Part shown: one piece after another, positions 12,601-28,431 of the stretch
Layout of the letters: every line of letters starts with the position of its first letter
How positions within the stretch are numbered: the stretch's first letter is position 1
DNA from: Auanema rhodensis
Taxonomy: Eukaryota > Animalia > Nematoda
Direction of reading: 5' to 3'
DNA: 64,000 nucleotides
NCBI GenBank assembly: GCA_964057225.1
Contig: OZ059895.1
Location: 1,922,001-1,986,000 of the forward strand
Notes under the pieces: generated by a model
Told to the model about the DNA's origin: nothing
What the model saw: the letters and a program-made list of their open reading frames with translations, nothing else
The model's database searches: none
Made by a program: the position numbers and the translations under genes

Positions 12601-15444
12601 CCTCGATTTTCACCCTGAAGAATTAATTTTTTCGTTGAATAACATTGTCCATCGTCTTTGCCTTGAAAAATGGAATCTAAAAACATCTACTTTTTGCTAA
12701 ATTATTTTGAAATTTTTCGAAAAAATTTTTGTCAAAATGTTTTTGGAAGCAATGTTGAGTGTACATGGAAACTCAACATACACTAATGCATCATTTTTCA
12801 AACGATCATAACTAATTTTTGTATTAAGCGTTTTTCAATGTAGTATAGTGCATTCGATGCGGATTTTTAAGCTGCGTCGATCTGTGTTATCAGATTTGCG
12901 CTAGCTTAACAATGCACCGAGATATCAACTGATATAAGTTCACACTTATATCCTCGATTTTCACCCTGAAGAATTAATTTTTTCGTTAAATAACATTGTC
13001 CATCGTCTTTGCCTTGAAAAATGGAATCTAAAAACATCTACTTTTTGCTAAATTATTTTGAAATTTTTCGAAAAAATTTTTGTCAAAATGTTTTTGGAAG
13101 CAATGTTGAGTGTACATGGAAACTCAACATACACTAATGCATCATTTTTCAAACGATTATAACTAATTTTTGTAATAAGCTTTTCTCAATGTAGTATAGT
13201 GCATTCGATGCGGATTTTTAAGCTGCGTCGATCTGTGTTATCAGATTTGCGCTAGCTTAAAAATGCACCGAGATATCAACTGATATAAGTTCACACTTAT
13301 ATCCTCGATTTTCACCCTGAAGAATTAATTTTTTCGTTGAATAACATTGTCCATCGTCTTTGCCTTGAAAAATGGAATCTAAAAACATCTACTTTTTGCT
13401 AAATTATTTTGAAATTTTTCGAAAAAATTTTTGTCAAAATGTTTTTGGAAGCAATGTTGAGTGTACATGGAAACTCAACATACACTAATGCATCATTTTT
13501 CAAACGATCATAACTAATTTTTGTATTAAGCGTTTTTCAATGTAGTATAGTGCATTCGATGCGGATTTTTAAGCTGCGTCGATCTGTGTTATCAGATTTG
13601 CGCTAGCTTAACAATGCTCCGAGATATCAACTGATATAAGTTCACACTTATATCCTCGATTTTCACCCTGAAGAATTAATTTTTTCGTTGAATAACATTG
13701 TCCATCGTCTTTGCCTTGAAAAATGGAATCTAAAAACATCTACTTTTTGCTAAATTATTTTGAAATTTTTCGAAAAAATTTTTGTCAAAATGTTTTTGGA
13801 AGCAATGTTGAGTGTACATGGAAACTCAACATACACTAATGCATCATTTTTCAAACGATCATAACTAATTTTTGTATTAAGCGTTTTTCAATGTAGTATA
13901 GTGCATTCGATGCGGATTTTTAAGCTGCGTCGATCTGTGTTATCAGATTTGCGCTAGCTTAACAATGCACCGAGATATCAACTGATATAAGTTCACACTT
14001 ATATCCTCGATTTTCACCCTGAAGAATTAATTTTTTCGTTAAATAACATTGTCCATCGTCTTTGCCTTGAAAAATGGAATCTAAAAACATCTACTTTTTG
14101 CTAAATTATTTTGAAATTTTTCGAAAAAATTTTTGTCAAAATGTTTTTGGAAGCAATGTTGAGTGTACATGGAAACTCAACATACACTAATGCATCATTT
14201 TTCAAACGATTATAACTAATTTTTGTAATAAGCTTTTCTCAATGTAGTATAGTGCATTCGATGCGGATTTTTAAGCTGCGTCGATCTGTGTTATCAGATT
14301 TGCGCTAGCTTAAAAATGCACCGAGATATCAACTGATATAAGTTCACACTTATATCCTCGATTTTCACCCTGAAGAATTAATTTTTTCGTTGAATAACAT
14401 TGTCCATCGTCTTTGCCTTGAAAAATGGAATCTAAAAACATCTACTTTTTGCTAAATTATTTTGAAATTTTTCGAAAAAATTTTTGTCAAAATGTTTTTG
14501 GAAGCAATGTTGAGTGTACATGGAAACTCAACATACACTAATGCATCATTTTTCAAACGATCATAACTAATTTTTGTATTAAGCGTTTTTCAATGTAGTA
14601 TAGTGCATTCGATGCGGATTTTTAAGCTGCGTCGATCTGTGTTATCAGATTTGCGCTAGCTTAACAATGCTCCGAGATATCAACTGATATAAGTTCACAC
14701 TTATATCCTCGATTTTCACCCTGAAGAATTAATTTTTTCGTTGAATAACATTGTCCATCGTCTTTGCCTTGAAAAATGGAATCTAAAAACATCTACTTTT
14801 TGCTAAATTATTTTGAAATTTTTCGAAAAAATTTTTGTCAAAATGTTTTTGGAAGCAATGTTGAGTGTACATGGAAACTCAACATACACTAATGCATCAT
14901 TTTTCAAACGATTATAACTAATTTTTGTATTAAGCTTTTCTCAATGTAGTATAGTGCATTCGATGCGGATTTTTAAGCTGCGTCGATCTGTGTTATCAGA
15001 TTTGCGCTAGCTTAAAAATGCACCGAGATATCAACTGATATAAGTTCACACTTATATCCTCGATTTTCACCCTGAAGAATTAATTTTTTCGTTGAATAAC
15101 ATTGTCCATCGTCTTTGCCTTGAAAAATGGAATCTAAAAACATCTACTTTTTGCTAAATTATTTTGAAATTTTTCGAAAAAATTTTTGTCAAAATGTTTT
15201 TGGAAGCAATGTTGAGTGTACATGGAAACTCAACATACACTAATGCATCATTTTTCAAACGATTATAACTAATTTTTGTATTAAGCTTTTCTCAATGTAG
15301 TATAGTGCATTCGATGCGGATTTTTAAGCTGCGTCGATCTGTGTTATCAGATTTGCGCTAGCTTAAAAATGCACCGAGATATCAACTGATATAAGTTCAC
15401 ACTTATATCCTCGATTTTCACCCTGAAGAATTAATTTTTTCGTT

Positions 15445-18400
15445 GAATAACATTGTCCATCGTCTTTGCCTTGAAAAATGGAATCTAAAAACATCTACTT
15501 TTTGCTAAATTATTTTGAAATTTTTCGAAAAAATTTTTGTCAAAATGTTTTTGGAAGCAATGTTGAGTGTACATGGAAACTCAACATACACTAATGCATC
15601 ATTTTTCAAACGATTATAACTAATTTTTGTAATAAGCTTTTCTCAATGTAGTATAGTGCATTCGATGCGGATTTTTAAGCTGCGTCGATCTGTGTTATCA
15701 GATTTGCGCTAGCTTAAAAATGCACCGAGATATCAACTGATATAAGTTCACACTTATACCCTCGATTTTCACCCTGAAGAATTAATTTTTTCGTTGAATA
15801 ACATTGTCCATCGTCTTTGCCTTGAAAAATGGAATCTAAAAACATCTACTTTTTGCTAAATTATTTTGAAATTTTTCGAAAAAATTTTTGTCAAAATGTT
15901 TTTGGAAGCAATGTTGAGTGTACATGGAAACTCAACATACACTAATGCATCATTTTTCAAACGATCATAACTAATTTTTGTATTAAGCGTTTTTCAATGT
16001 AGTATAGTGCATTTGATGCGGATTTTTAAGCTGCGTCGATCTGTGTTATCAGATTTGCGCTAGCTTAACAATGCTCCGAGATATCAACTGATATAAGTTC
16101 ACACTTATATCCTCGATTTTCACCCTGAAGAATTAATTTTTTCGTTGAATAACATTGTCCATCGTCTTTGCCTTGAAAAATGGAATCTAAAAACATCTAC
16201 TTTTTGCTAAATTATTTTGAAATTTTTCGAAAAAATTTTTGTCAAAATGTTTTTGGAAGCAATGTTGAGTGTACATGGAAACTCAACATACACTAATGCA
16301 TCATTTTTCAAACGATTATAACTAATTTTTGTATTAAGCTTTTCTCAATGTAGTATAGTGCATTCGATGCGGATTTTTAAGCTGCGTCGATCTGTGTTAT
16401 CAGATTTGCGCTAGCTTAAAAATGCACCGAGATATCAACTGATATAAGTTCACACTTATATCCTCGATTTTCACCCTGAAGAATTAATTTTTTCGTTGAA
16501 TAACATTGTCCATCGTCTTTGCCTTGAAAAATGGAATCTAAAAACATCTACTTTTTGCTAAATTATTTTGAAATTTTTCGAAAAAATTTTTGTCAAAATG
16601 TTTTTGGAAGCAATGTTGAGTGTACATGGAAACTCAACATACACTAATGCATCATTTTTCAAACGATCATAACTAATTTTTGTATTAAGCTTTTCTCAAT
16701 GTAGTATAGTGCATTCGATGCGGATTTTTAAGCTGCGTCGATCTGTGTTATCAGATTTGCGCTAGCTTAACAATGCTCCGAGATATCAACTGATATAAGT
16801 TCACACTTATATCCTCGATTTTCACCCTGAAGAATTAATTTTTTCGTTGAATAACATTGTCCATCGTCTTTGCCTTGAAAAATGGAATCTAAAAACATCT
16901 ACTTTTTGCTAAATTATTTTGAAATTTTTCGAAAAAATTTTTGTCAAAATGTTTTTGGAAGCAATGTTGAGTGTACATGGAAACTCAACATACACTAATG
17001 CATCATTTTTCAAACGATTATAACTAATTTTTGTATTAAGCTTTTCTCAATGTAGTATAGTGCATTCGATGCGGATTTTTAAGCTGCGTCGATCTGTGTT
17101 ATCAGATTTGCGCTAGCTTAAAAATGCACCGAGATATCAACTGATATAAGTTCACACTTATATCCTCGATTTTCACCCTGAAGAATTAATTTTTTCGTTG
17201 AATAACATTGTCCATCGTCTTTGCCTTGAAAAATGGAATCTAAAAACATCTACTTTTTGCTAAATTATTTTGAAATTTTTCGAAAAAATTTTTGTCAAAA
17301 TGTTTTTGGAAGCAATGTTGAGTGTACATGGAAACTCAACATACACTAATGCATCATTTTTCAAACGATCATAACTAATTTTTGTATTAAGCTTTTCTCA
17401 ATGTAGTATAGTGCATTCGATGCGGATTTTTAAGCTGCGTCGATCTGTGTTATCAGATTTGCGCTAGCTTAAAAATGCACCGAGATATCAACTGATATAA
17501 GTTCACACTTATATCCTCGATTTTCACCCTGAAGAATTAATTTTTTCGTTGAATAACATTGTCCATCGTCTTTGCCTTGAAAAATGGAATCTAAAAACAT
17601 CTACTTTTTGCTAAATTATTTTGAAATTTTTCGAAAAAATTTTTGTCAAAATGTTTTTGGAAGCAATGTTGAGTGTACATGGAAACTCAACATACACTAA
17701 TGCATCATTTTTCAAACGATCATAACTAATTTTTGTATTAAGCTTTTCTCAATGTAGTATAGTGCATTCGATGCGGATTTTTAAGCTGCGTCGATCTGTG
17801 TTATCAGATTTGCGCTAGCTTAAAAATGCACCGAGATATCAACTGATATAAGTTCACACTTATATCCTCGATTTTCACCCTGAAGAATTAATTTTTTCGT
17901 TGAATAACATTGTCCATCGTCTTTGCCTTGAAAAATGGAATCTAAAAACATCTACTTTTTGCTAAATTATTTTGAAATTTTTCGAAAAAATTTTTGTCAA
18001 AATGTTTTTGGAAGCAATGTTGAGTGTACATGGAAACTCAACATACACTAATGCATCATTTTTCAAACGATCATAACTAATTTTTGTATTAAGCTTTTCT
18101 CAATGTAGTATAGTGCATTCGATGCGGATTTTTAAGCTGCGTCGATCTGTGTTATCAGATTTGCGCTAGCTTAAAAATGCACCGAGATATCAACTGATAT
18201 AAGTTCACACTTATATCCTCGATTTTCACCCTGAAGAATTAATTTTTTCGTTGAATAACATTGTCCATCGTCTTTGCCTTGAAAAATGGAATCTAAAAAC
18301 ATCTACTTTTTGCTAAATTATTTTGAAATTTTTCGAAAAAATTTTTGTCAAAATGTTTTTGGAAGCAATGTTGAGTGTACATGGAAACTCAACATACACT

Positions 18401-21400
18401 AATGCATCATTTTTCAAACGATCATAACTAATTTTTGTATTAAGCTTTTCTCAATGTAGTATAGTGCATTCGATGCGGATTTTTAAGCTGCGTCGATCTG
18501 TGTTATCAGATTTGCGCTAGCTTAAAAATGCACCGAGATATCAACTGATATAAGTTCACACTTATATCCTCGATTTTCACCCTGAAGAATTAATTTTTTC
18601 GTTGAATAACATTGTCCATCGTCTTTGCCTTGAAAAATGGAATCTAAAAACATCTACTTTTTGCTAAATTATTTTGAAATTTTTCGAAAAAATTTTTGTC
18701 AAAATGTTTTTGGAAGCAATGTTGAGTGTACATGGAAACTCAACATACACTAATGCATCATTTTTCAAACGATCATAACTTATTTTTGTATTAAGCTTTT
18801 CTCAATGTAGTATAGTGCATTCGATGCGGATTTTTAAGCTGCGTCGATCTGTGTTATCAGATTTGCGCTAGCTTAAAAATGCACCGAGATATCAACTGAT
18901 ATAAGTTCACACTTATATCCTCGATTTTCACCCTGAAGAATTAATTTTTTCGTTGAATAACATTGTCCATCGTCTTTGCCTTGAAAAATGAAATCTAAAA
19001 ACATCTACTTTTCGCTAAATTATTTTGAAATTTTTCGAAAAAATTTTTGTCAAAATGTTTTTGGAAGCAATGTTGAGTGTACATGGAAACTCAACATACA
19101 CTAATGCATCATTTTTCAAACGATCATAACTAATTTTTGTATTAAGCTTTTCTCAATGTAGTATAGTGCATTCGATGCGGATTTTTAAGCTGCGTCGATC
19201 TGTGTTATCAGATTTGCGCTAGCTTAAAAATGCACCGAGATATCAACTGATATAAGTTCACACTTATATCCTCGATTTTCACCCTGAAGAATTAATTTTT
19301 TCGTTGAATAACATTGTCCATCGTCTTTGCCTTGAAAAATGGAATCTAAAAACATCTACTTTTTGCTAAATTATTTTGAAATTTTTCGAAAAAATTTTTG
19401 TCAAAATGTTTTTGGAAGCAATGTTGAGTGTACATGGAAACTCAACATACACTAATGCATCATTTTTCAAACGATTATAACTAATTTTTGTATTAAGCTT
19501 TTCTCAATGTAGTATAGTGCATTCGATGCGGATTTTTAAGCTGCGTCGATCTGTGTTATCAGATTTGCGCTAGCTTAAAAATGCACCGAGATATCAACTG
19601 ATATAAGTTCACACTTATATCCTCGATTTTCACCCTGAAGAATCAATTTTTTCGTTGAATAACATTGTCCATCGTCTTTGCCTTGAAAAATGGAATCTAA
19701 AAACATCTACTTTTTGCTAAATTATTTTGAAATTTTTCGAAAAAATTTTTGTCAAAATGTTTTTGGAAGCAATGTTGAGTGTACATGGAAACTCAACATA
19801 CACTAATGCATCATTTTTCAAACGATCATAACTAATTTTTGTATTAAGCGTTTTTCAATGTAGTATAGTGCATTTGATGCGGATTTTTAAGCTGCGTCGA
19901 TCTGTGTTATCAGATTTGCGCTAGCTTAACAATGCTCCGAGATATCAACTGATATAAGTTCACACTTATATCCTCGATTTTCACCCTGAAGAATTAATTT
20001 TTTCGTTGAATAACATTGTCCATCGTCTTTGCCTTGAAAAATGGAATCTAAAAACATCTACTTTTTGCTAAATTATTTTGAAATTTTTCGAAAAAATTTT
20101 TGTCAAAATGTTTTTGGAAGCAATGTTGAGTGTACATGGAAACTCAACATACACTAATGCATCATTTTTCAAACGATTATAACTAATTTTTGTATTAAGC
20201 TTTTCTCAATGTAGTATAGTGCATTCGATGCGGATTTTTAAGCTGCGTCGATCTGTGTTATCAGATTTGCGCTAGCTTAAAAATGCACCGAGATATCAAC
20301 TGATATAAGTTCACACTTATATCCTCGATTTTCACCCTGAAGAATTAATTTTTTCGTTGAATAACATTGTCCATCGTCTTTGCCTTGAAAAATGGAATCT
20401 AAAAACATCTACTTTTTGCTAAATTATTTTGAAATTTTTCGAAAAAATTTTTGTCAAAATGTTTTTGGAAGCAATGTTGAGTGTACATGGAAACTCAACA
20501 TACACTAATGCATCATTTTTCAAACGATCATAACTAATTTTTGTATTAAGCTTTTCTCAATGTAGTATAGTGCATTCGATGCGGATTTTTAAGCTGCGTC
20601 GATCTGTGTTATCAGATTTGCGCTAGCTTAGAAATGCACCGAGATATCAACTGATATAAGTTCACACTTATATCCTCGATTTTCACCCTGAAGAATTAAT
20701 TTTTTCGTTGAATAACATCGTCCATCGTCTTTGCCTTGAAAAATGGAATCTAAAAACATCTACTTTTTGCTAAATTATTCTGAAATTTTTTGAAAAAATT
20801 TTTGTCAAAATGTTTTTGGAAGCAATGTTGAGTGTACATGGAAACTCAACATACACTAATGCATCATTTTTCAAACGATTATAACTAATTTTTGTATTAA
20901 GCTTTTCTCAATGTAGTATAGTGCATTCGATGCGGATTTTTAAGCTGCGTCGATCTGTGTTATCAGATTTGCGCTAGCTTAAAAATGCACCGAGATATCA
21001 ACTGATATAAGTTCACACTTATATCCTCGATTTTCACCCTGAAGAATTAATTTTTTCGTTGAATAACATTGTCCATCGTCTTTGCCTTGAAAAATGGAAT
21101 CTAAAAACATCTACTTTTTGCTAAATTATTTTGAAATTTTTCGAAAAAATTTTTGTCAAAATGTTTTTGGAAGCAATGTTGAGTGTACATGGAAACTCAA
21201 CATACACTAATGCATCATTTTTCAAACGATCATAACTAATTTTTGTATTAAGCTTTTCTCAATGTAGTATAGTGCATTCGATGCGGATTTTTAAGCTGCG
21301 TCGATCTGTGTTATCAGATTTGCGCTAGCTTAACAATGCTCCGAGATATCAACTGATATAAGTTCACACTTATATCCTCGATTTTCACCCTGAAGAATTA

Positions 21401-24400
21401 ATTTTTTCGTTGAATAACATTGTCCATCGTCTTTGCCTTGAAAAATGGAATCTAAAAACATCTACTTTTTGCTAAATTATTTTGAAATTTTTCGAAAAAA
21501 TTTTTGTCAAAATGTTTTTGGAAGCAATGTTGAGTGTACATGGAAACTCAACATACACTAATGCATCATTTTTCAAACGATTATAACTAATTTTTGTATT
21601 AATCTTTTCTCAATGTAGTATAGTGCATTCGATGCGGATTTTTAAGCTGCGTCGATCTGTGTTATCAGATTTGCGCTAGCTTAAAAATGCACCGAGATAT
21701 CAACTGATATAAGTTCACACTTATATCCTCGATTTTCACCCTGAAGAATTAATTTTTTCGTTGAATAACATTGTCCATCGTCTTTGCCTTGAAAAATGGA
21801 ATCTAAAAACATCTACTTTTTGCTAAATTATTTTGAAATTTTTCGAAAAAATTTTTGTCAAAATGTTTTTGGAAGCAATGTTGAGTGTACATGGAAACTC
21901 AACATACACTAATGCATCATTTTTCAAACGATTATAACTAATTTTTGTAATAAGCTTTTCTCAATGTAGTATAGTGCATTCGATGCGGATTTTTAAGCTG
22001 CGTCGATCTGTGTTATCAGATTTGCGCTAGCTTAAAAATGCACCGAGATATCAACTGATATAAGTTCACACTTATATCCTCGATTTTCACCCTGAAGAAT
22101 TAATTTTTTCGTTGAATAACATTGTCCATCGTCTTTGCCTTGAAAAATGGAATCTAAAAACATCTACTTTTTGCTAAATTATTTTAAAATTTTTTGAAAA
22201 AATTTTTGTCAAAATGTTTTTGGAAGCAATGTTGAGTGTACATGGAAACTCAACATACACTAATGCATCATTTTTCAAACGATTATAACTAATTTTTGTA
22301 TTAAGCTTTTCTCAATGTAGTATAGTGCATTCGATGCGGATTTTTAAGCTGCGTCGATCTGTGTTATCAGATTTGCGCTAGCTTAAAAATGCACCGAGAT
22401 ATCAACTGATATAAGTTCACACTTATATCCTCGATTTTCACCCTGAAGAATTAATTTTTTCGTTGAATAACATTGTCCATCGTCTTTGCCTTGAAAAATG
22501 GAATCTAAAAACATCTACTTTTTGCTAAATTATTTTGAAATTTTTCGAAAAAATTTTTGTCAAAATGTTTTTGGAAGCAATGTTGAGTGTACATGGAAAC
22601 TCAACATACACTAGTGCATCATTTTTCAAACGATTATAACTAATTTTTGTAATAAGCTTTTCTCAATGTAGTATAGTGCATTCGATGCGGATTTTTAAGC
22701 TGCGTCGATCTGTGTTATCAGATTTGCGCTAGCTTAAAAATGCACCGAGATATCAACTGATATAAGTTCACACTTATACCCTCGATTTTCACCCTGAAGA
22801 ATTAATTTTTTCGTTGAATAACATTGTCCATCGTCTTTGCCTTGAAAAATGGAATCTAAAAACATCTACTTTTTGCTAAATTATTTTGAAATTTTTCGAA
22901 AAAATTTTTGTCAAAATGTTTTTGGAAGCAATGTTGAGTGTACATGGAAACTCAACATACACTAATGCATCATTTTTCAAACGATCATAACTAATTTTTG
23001 TATTAAGCGTTTTTCAATGTAGTATAGTGCATTTGATGCGGATTTTTAAGCTGCGTCGATCTGTGTTATCAGATTTGCGCTAGCTTAACAATGCTCCGAG
23101 ATATCAACTGATATAAGTTCACACTTATATCCTCGATTTTCACCCTGAAGAATTAATTTTTTCGTTGAATAACATTGTCCATCGTCTTTGCCTTGAAAAA
23201 TGGAATCTAAAAACATCTACTTTTTGCTAAATTATTTTGAAATTTTTCGAAAAAATTTTTGTCAAAATGTTTTTGGAAGCAATGTTGAGTGTACATGGAA
23301 ACTCAACATACACTAATGCATCATTTTTCAAACGATTATAACTAATTTTTGTATTAAGCTTTTCTCAATGTAGTATAGTGCATTCGATGCGGATTTTTAA
23401 GCTGCGTCGATCTGTGTTATCAGATTTGCGCTAGCTTAAAAATGCACCGAGATATCAACTGATATAAGTTCACACTTATATCCTCGATTTTCACCCTGAA
23501 GAATTAATTTTTTCGTTGAATAACATTGTCCATCGTCTTTGCCTTGAAAAATGGAATCTAAAAACATCTACTTTTTGCTAAATTATTTTGAAATTTTTCG
23601 AAAAAATTTTTGTCAAAATGTTTTTGGAAGCAATGTTGAGTGTACATGGAAACTCAACATACACTAATGCATCATTTTTCAAACGATCATAACTAATTTT
23701 TGTATTAAGCTTTTCTCAATGTAGTATAGTGCATTCGATGCGGATTTTTAAGCTGCGTCGATCTGTGTTATCAGATTTGCGCTAGCTTAACAATGCTCCG
23801 AGATATCAACTGATATAAGTTCACACTTATATCCTCGATTTTCACCCTGAAGAATTAATTTTTTCGTTGAATAACATTGTCCATCGTCTTTGCCTTGAAA
23901 AATGGAATCTAAAAACATCTACTTTTTGCTAAATTATTTTGAAATTTTTCGAAAAAATTTTTGTCAAAATGTTTTTGGAAGCAATGTTGAGTGTACATGG
24001 AAACTCAACATACACTAATGCATCATTTTTCAAACGATTATAACTAATTTTTGTATTAAGCTTTTCTCAATGTAGTATAGTGCATTCGATGCGGATTTTT
24101 AAGCTGCGTCGATCTGTGTTATCAGATTTGCGCTAGCTTAAAAATGCACCGAGATATCAACTGATATAAGTTCACACTTATATCCTCGATTTTCACCCTG
24201 AAGAATTAATTTTTTCGTTGAATAACATTGTCCATCGTCTTTGCCTTGAAAAATGGAATCTAAAAACATCTACTTTTTGCTAAATTATTTTGAAATTTTT
24301 CGAAAAAATTTTTGTCAAAATGTTTTTGGAAGCAATGTTGAGTGTACATGGAAACTCAACATACACTAATGCATCATTTTTCAAACGATCATAACTAATT

Positions 24401-27400
24401 TTTGTATTAAGCTTTTCTCAATGTAGTATAGTGCATTCGATGCGGATTTTTAAGCTGCGTCGATCTGTGTTATCAGATTTGCGCTAGCTTAAAAATGCAC
24501 CGAGATATCAACTGATATAAGTTCACACTTATATCCTCGATTTTCACCCTGAAGAATTAATTTTTTCGTTGAATAACATTGTCCATCGTCTTTGCCTTGA
24601 AAAATGGAATCTAAAAACATCTACTTTTTGCTAAATTATTTTGAAATTTTTCGAAAAAATTTTTGTCAAAATGTTTTTGGAAGCAATGTTGAGTGTACAT
24701 GGAAACTCAACATACACTAATGCATCATTTTTCAAACGATCATAACTAATTTTTGTATTAAGCTTTTCTCAATGTAGTATAGTGCATTCGATGCGGATTT
24801 TTAAGCTGCGTCGATCTGTGTTATCAGATTTGCGCTAGCTTAGAAATGCACCGAGATATCAACTGATATAAGTTCACACTTATATCCTCGATTTTCACCC
24901 TGAAGAATTAATTTTTTCGTTGAATAACATCGTCCATCGTCTTTGCCTTGAAAAATGGAATCTAAAAACATCTACTTTTTGCTAAATTATTCTGAAATTT
25001 TTTGAAAAAATTTTTGTCAAAATGTTTTTGGAAGCAATGTTGAGTGTACATGGAAACTCAACATACACTAATGCATCATTTTTCAAACGATTATAACTAA
25101 TTTTTGTATTAAGCTTTTCTCAATGTAGTATAGTGCATTCGATGCGGATTTTTAAGCTGCGTCGATCTGTGTTATCAGATTTGCGCTAGCTTAAAAATGC
25201 ACCGAGATATCAACTGATATAAGTTCACACTTATATCCTCGATTTTCACCCTGAAGAATTAATTTTTTCGTTGAATAACATTGTCCATCGTCTTTGCCTT
25301 GAAAAATGGAATCTAAAAACATCTACTTTTTGCTAAATTATTTTGAAATTTTTCGAAAAAATTTTTGTCAAAATGTTTTTGGAAGCAATGTTGAGTGTAC
25401 ATGGAAACTCAACATACACTAATGCATCATTTTTCAAACGATCATAACTAATTTTTGTATTAAGCTTTTCTCAATGTAGTATAGTGCATTCGATGCGGAT
25501 TTTTAAGCTGCGTCGATCTGTGTTATCAGATTTGCGCTAGCTTAAAAATGCACCGAGATATCAACTGATATAAGTTCACACTTATATCCTCGATTTTCAC
25601 CCTGAAGAATTAATTTTTTCGTTGAATAACATTGTCCATCGTCTTTGCCTTGAAAAATGGAATCTAAAAACATCTACTTTTTGCTAAATTATTTTGAAAT
25701 TTTTCGAAAAAATTTTTGTCAAAATGTTTTTGGAAGCAATGTTGAGTGTACATGGAAACTCAACATACACTAATGCATCATTTTTCAAACGATCATAACT
25801 AATTTTTGTATTAAGCTTTTCTCAATGTAGTATAGTGCATTCGATGCGGATTTTTAAGCTGCGTCGATCTGTGTTATCAGATTTGCGCTAGCTTAAAAAT
25901 GCACCGAGATATCAACTGATATAAGTTCACACTTATATCCTCGATTTTCACCCTGAAGAATTAATTTTTTCGTTGAATAACATTGTCCATCGTCTTTGCC
26001 TTGAAAAATGAAATCTAAAAACATCTACTTTTTGCTAAATTATTTTGAAATTTTTCGAAAAAATTTTTGTCAAAATGTTTTTGGAAGCAATGTTGAGTGT
26101 ACATGGAAACTCAACATACACTAATGCATCATTTTTCAAACGATCATAACTAATTTTTGTATTAAGCTTTTCTCAATGTAGTATAGTGCATTCGATGCGG
26201 ATTTTTAAGCTGCGTCGATCTGTGTTATCAGATTTGCGCTAGCTTAAAAATGCACCGAGATATCAACTGATATAAGTTCACACTTATATCCTCGATTTTC
26301 ACCCTGAAGAATTAATTTTTTCGTTGAATAACATTGTCCATCGTCTTTGCCTTGAAAAATGGAATCTAAAAACATCTACTTTTTGCTAAATTATTTTGAA
26401 ATTTTTCGAAAAAATTTTTGTCAAAATGTTTTTGGAAGCAATGTTGAGTGTACATGGAAACTCAACATACACTAATGCATCATTTTTCAAACGATTATAA
26501 CTAATTTTTGTATTAAGCTTTTCTCAATGTAGTATAGTGCATTCGATGCGGATTTTTAAGCTGCGTCGATCTGTGTTATCAGATTTGCGCTAGCTTAAAA
26601 ATGCACCGAGATATCAACTGATATAAGTTCACACTTATATCCTCGATTTTCACCCTGAAGAATTAATTTTTTCGTTGAATAACATTGTCCATCGTCTTTG
26701 CCTTGAAAAATGGAATCTAAAAACATCTACTTTTTGCTAAATTATTTTGAAATTTTTCGAAAAAATTTTTGTCAAAATGTTTTTGGAAGCAATGTTGAGT
26801 GTACATGGAAACTCAACATACACTAATGCATCATTTTTCAAACGATTATAACTAATTTTTGTAATAAGCTTTTCTCAATGTAGTATAGTGCATTCGATGC
26901 GGATTTTTAAGCTGCGTCGATCTGTGTTATCAGATTTGCGCTAGCTTAAAAATGCACCGAGATATCAACTGATATAAGTTCACACTTATATCCTCGATTT
27001 TCACCCTGAAGAATCAATTTTTTCGTTGAATAACATTGTCCATCGTCTTTGCCTTGAAAAATGGAATCTAAAAACATCTACTTTTTGCTAAATTATTTTG
27101 AAATTTTTCGAAAAAATTTTTGTCAAAATGTTTTTGGAAGCAATGTTGAGTGTACATGGAAACTCAACATACACTAATGCATCATTTTTCAAACGATCAT
27201 AACTAATTTTTGTATTAAGCGTTTTTCAATGTAGTATAGTGCATTTGATGCGGATTTTTAAGCTGCGTCGATCTGTGTTATCAGATTTGCGCTAGCTTAA
27301 CAATGCTCCGAGATATCAACTGATATAAGTTCACACTTATATCCTCGATTTTCACCCTGAAGAATTAATTTTTTCGTTGAATAACATTGTCCATCGTCTT

Positions 27401-28431
27401 TGCCTTGAAAAATGGAATCTAAAAACATCTACTTTTTGCTAAATTATTTTGAAATTTTTCGAAAAAATTTTTGTCAAAATGTTTTTGGAAGCAATGTTGA
27501 GTGTACATGGAAACTCAACATACACTAATGCATCATTTTTCAAACGATTATAACTAATTTTTGTATTAAGCTTTTCTCAATGTAGTATAGTGCATTCGAT
27601 GCGGATTTTTAAGCTGCGTCGATCTGTGTTATCAGATTTGCGCTAGCTTAAAAATGCACCGAGATATCAACTGATATAAGTTCACACTTATATCCTCGAT
27701 TTTCACCCTGAAGAATTAATTTTTTCGTTGAATAACATTGTCCATCGTCTTTGCCTTGAAAAATGGAATCTAAAAACATCTACTTTTTGCTAAATTATTT
27801 TGAAATTTTTCGAAAAAATTTTTGTCAAAATGTTTTTGGAAGCAATGTTGAGTGTACATGGAAACTCAACATACACTAATGCATCATTTTTCAAACGATC
27901 ATAACTAATTTTTGTATTAAGCTTTTCTCAATGTAGTATAGTGCATTCGATGCGGATTTTTAAGCTGCGTCGATCTGTGTTATCAGATTTGCGCTAGCTT
28001 AGAAATGCACCGAGATATCAACTGATATAAGTTCACACTTATATCCTCGATTTTCACCCTGAAGAATTAATTTTTTCGTTGAATAACATCGTCCATCGTC
28101 TTTGCCTTGAAAAATGGAATCTAAAAACATCTACTTTTTGCTAAATTATTCTGAAATTTTTTGAAAAAATTTTTGTCAAAATGTTTTTGGAAGCAATGTT
28201 GAGTGTACATGGAAACTCAACATACACTAATGCATCATTTTTCAAACGATTATAACTAATTTTTGTATTAAGCTTTTCTCAATGTAGTATAGTGCATTCG
28301 ATGCGGATTTTTAAGCTGCGTCGATCTGTGTTATCAGATTTGCGCTAGCTTAAAAATGCACCGAGATATCAACTGATATAAGTTCACACTTATATCCTCG
28401 ATTTTCACCCTGAAGAATTAATTTTTTCGTT
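15445..28431. repeat. Large block duplication at 20- then 21-monomer offset (7020/7371 bp)
   Basis: Offset 7020: T315C 15759/22779, C219T 16014/23034, G37A 18991/26011. Offset 7371: T339C 19644/27015, C219T 19875/27246, A273G 20631/28002. Confidence 0.85.
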
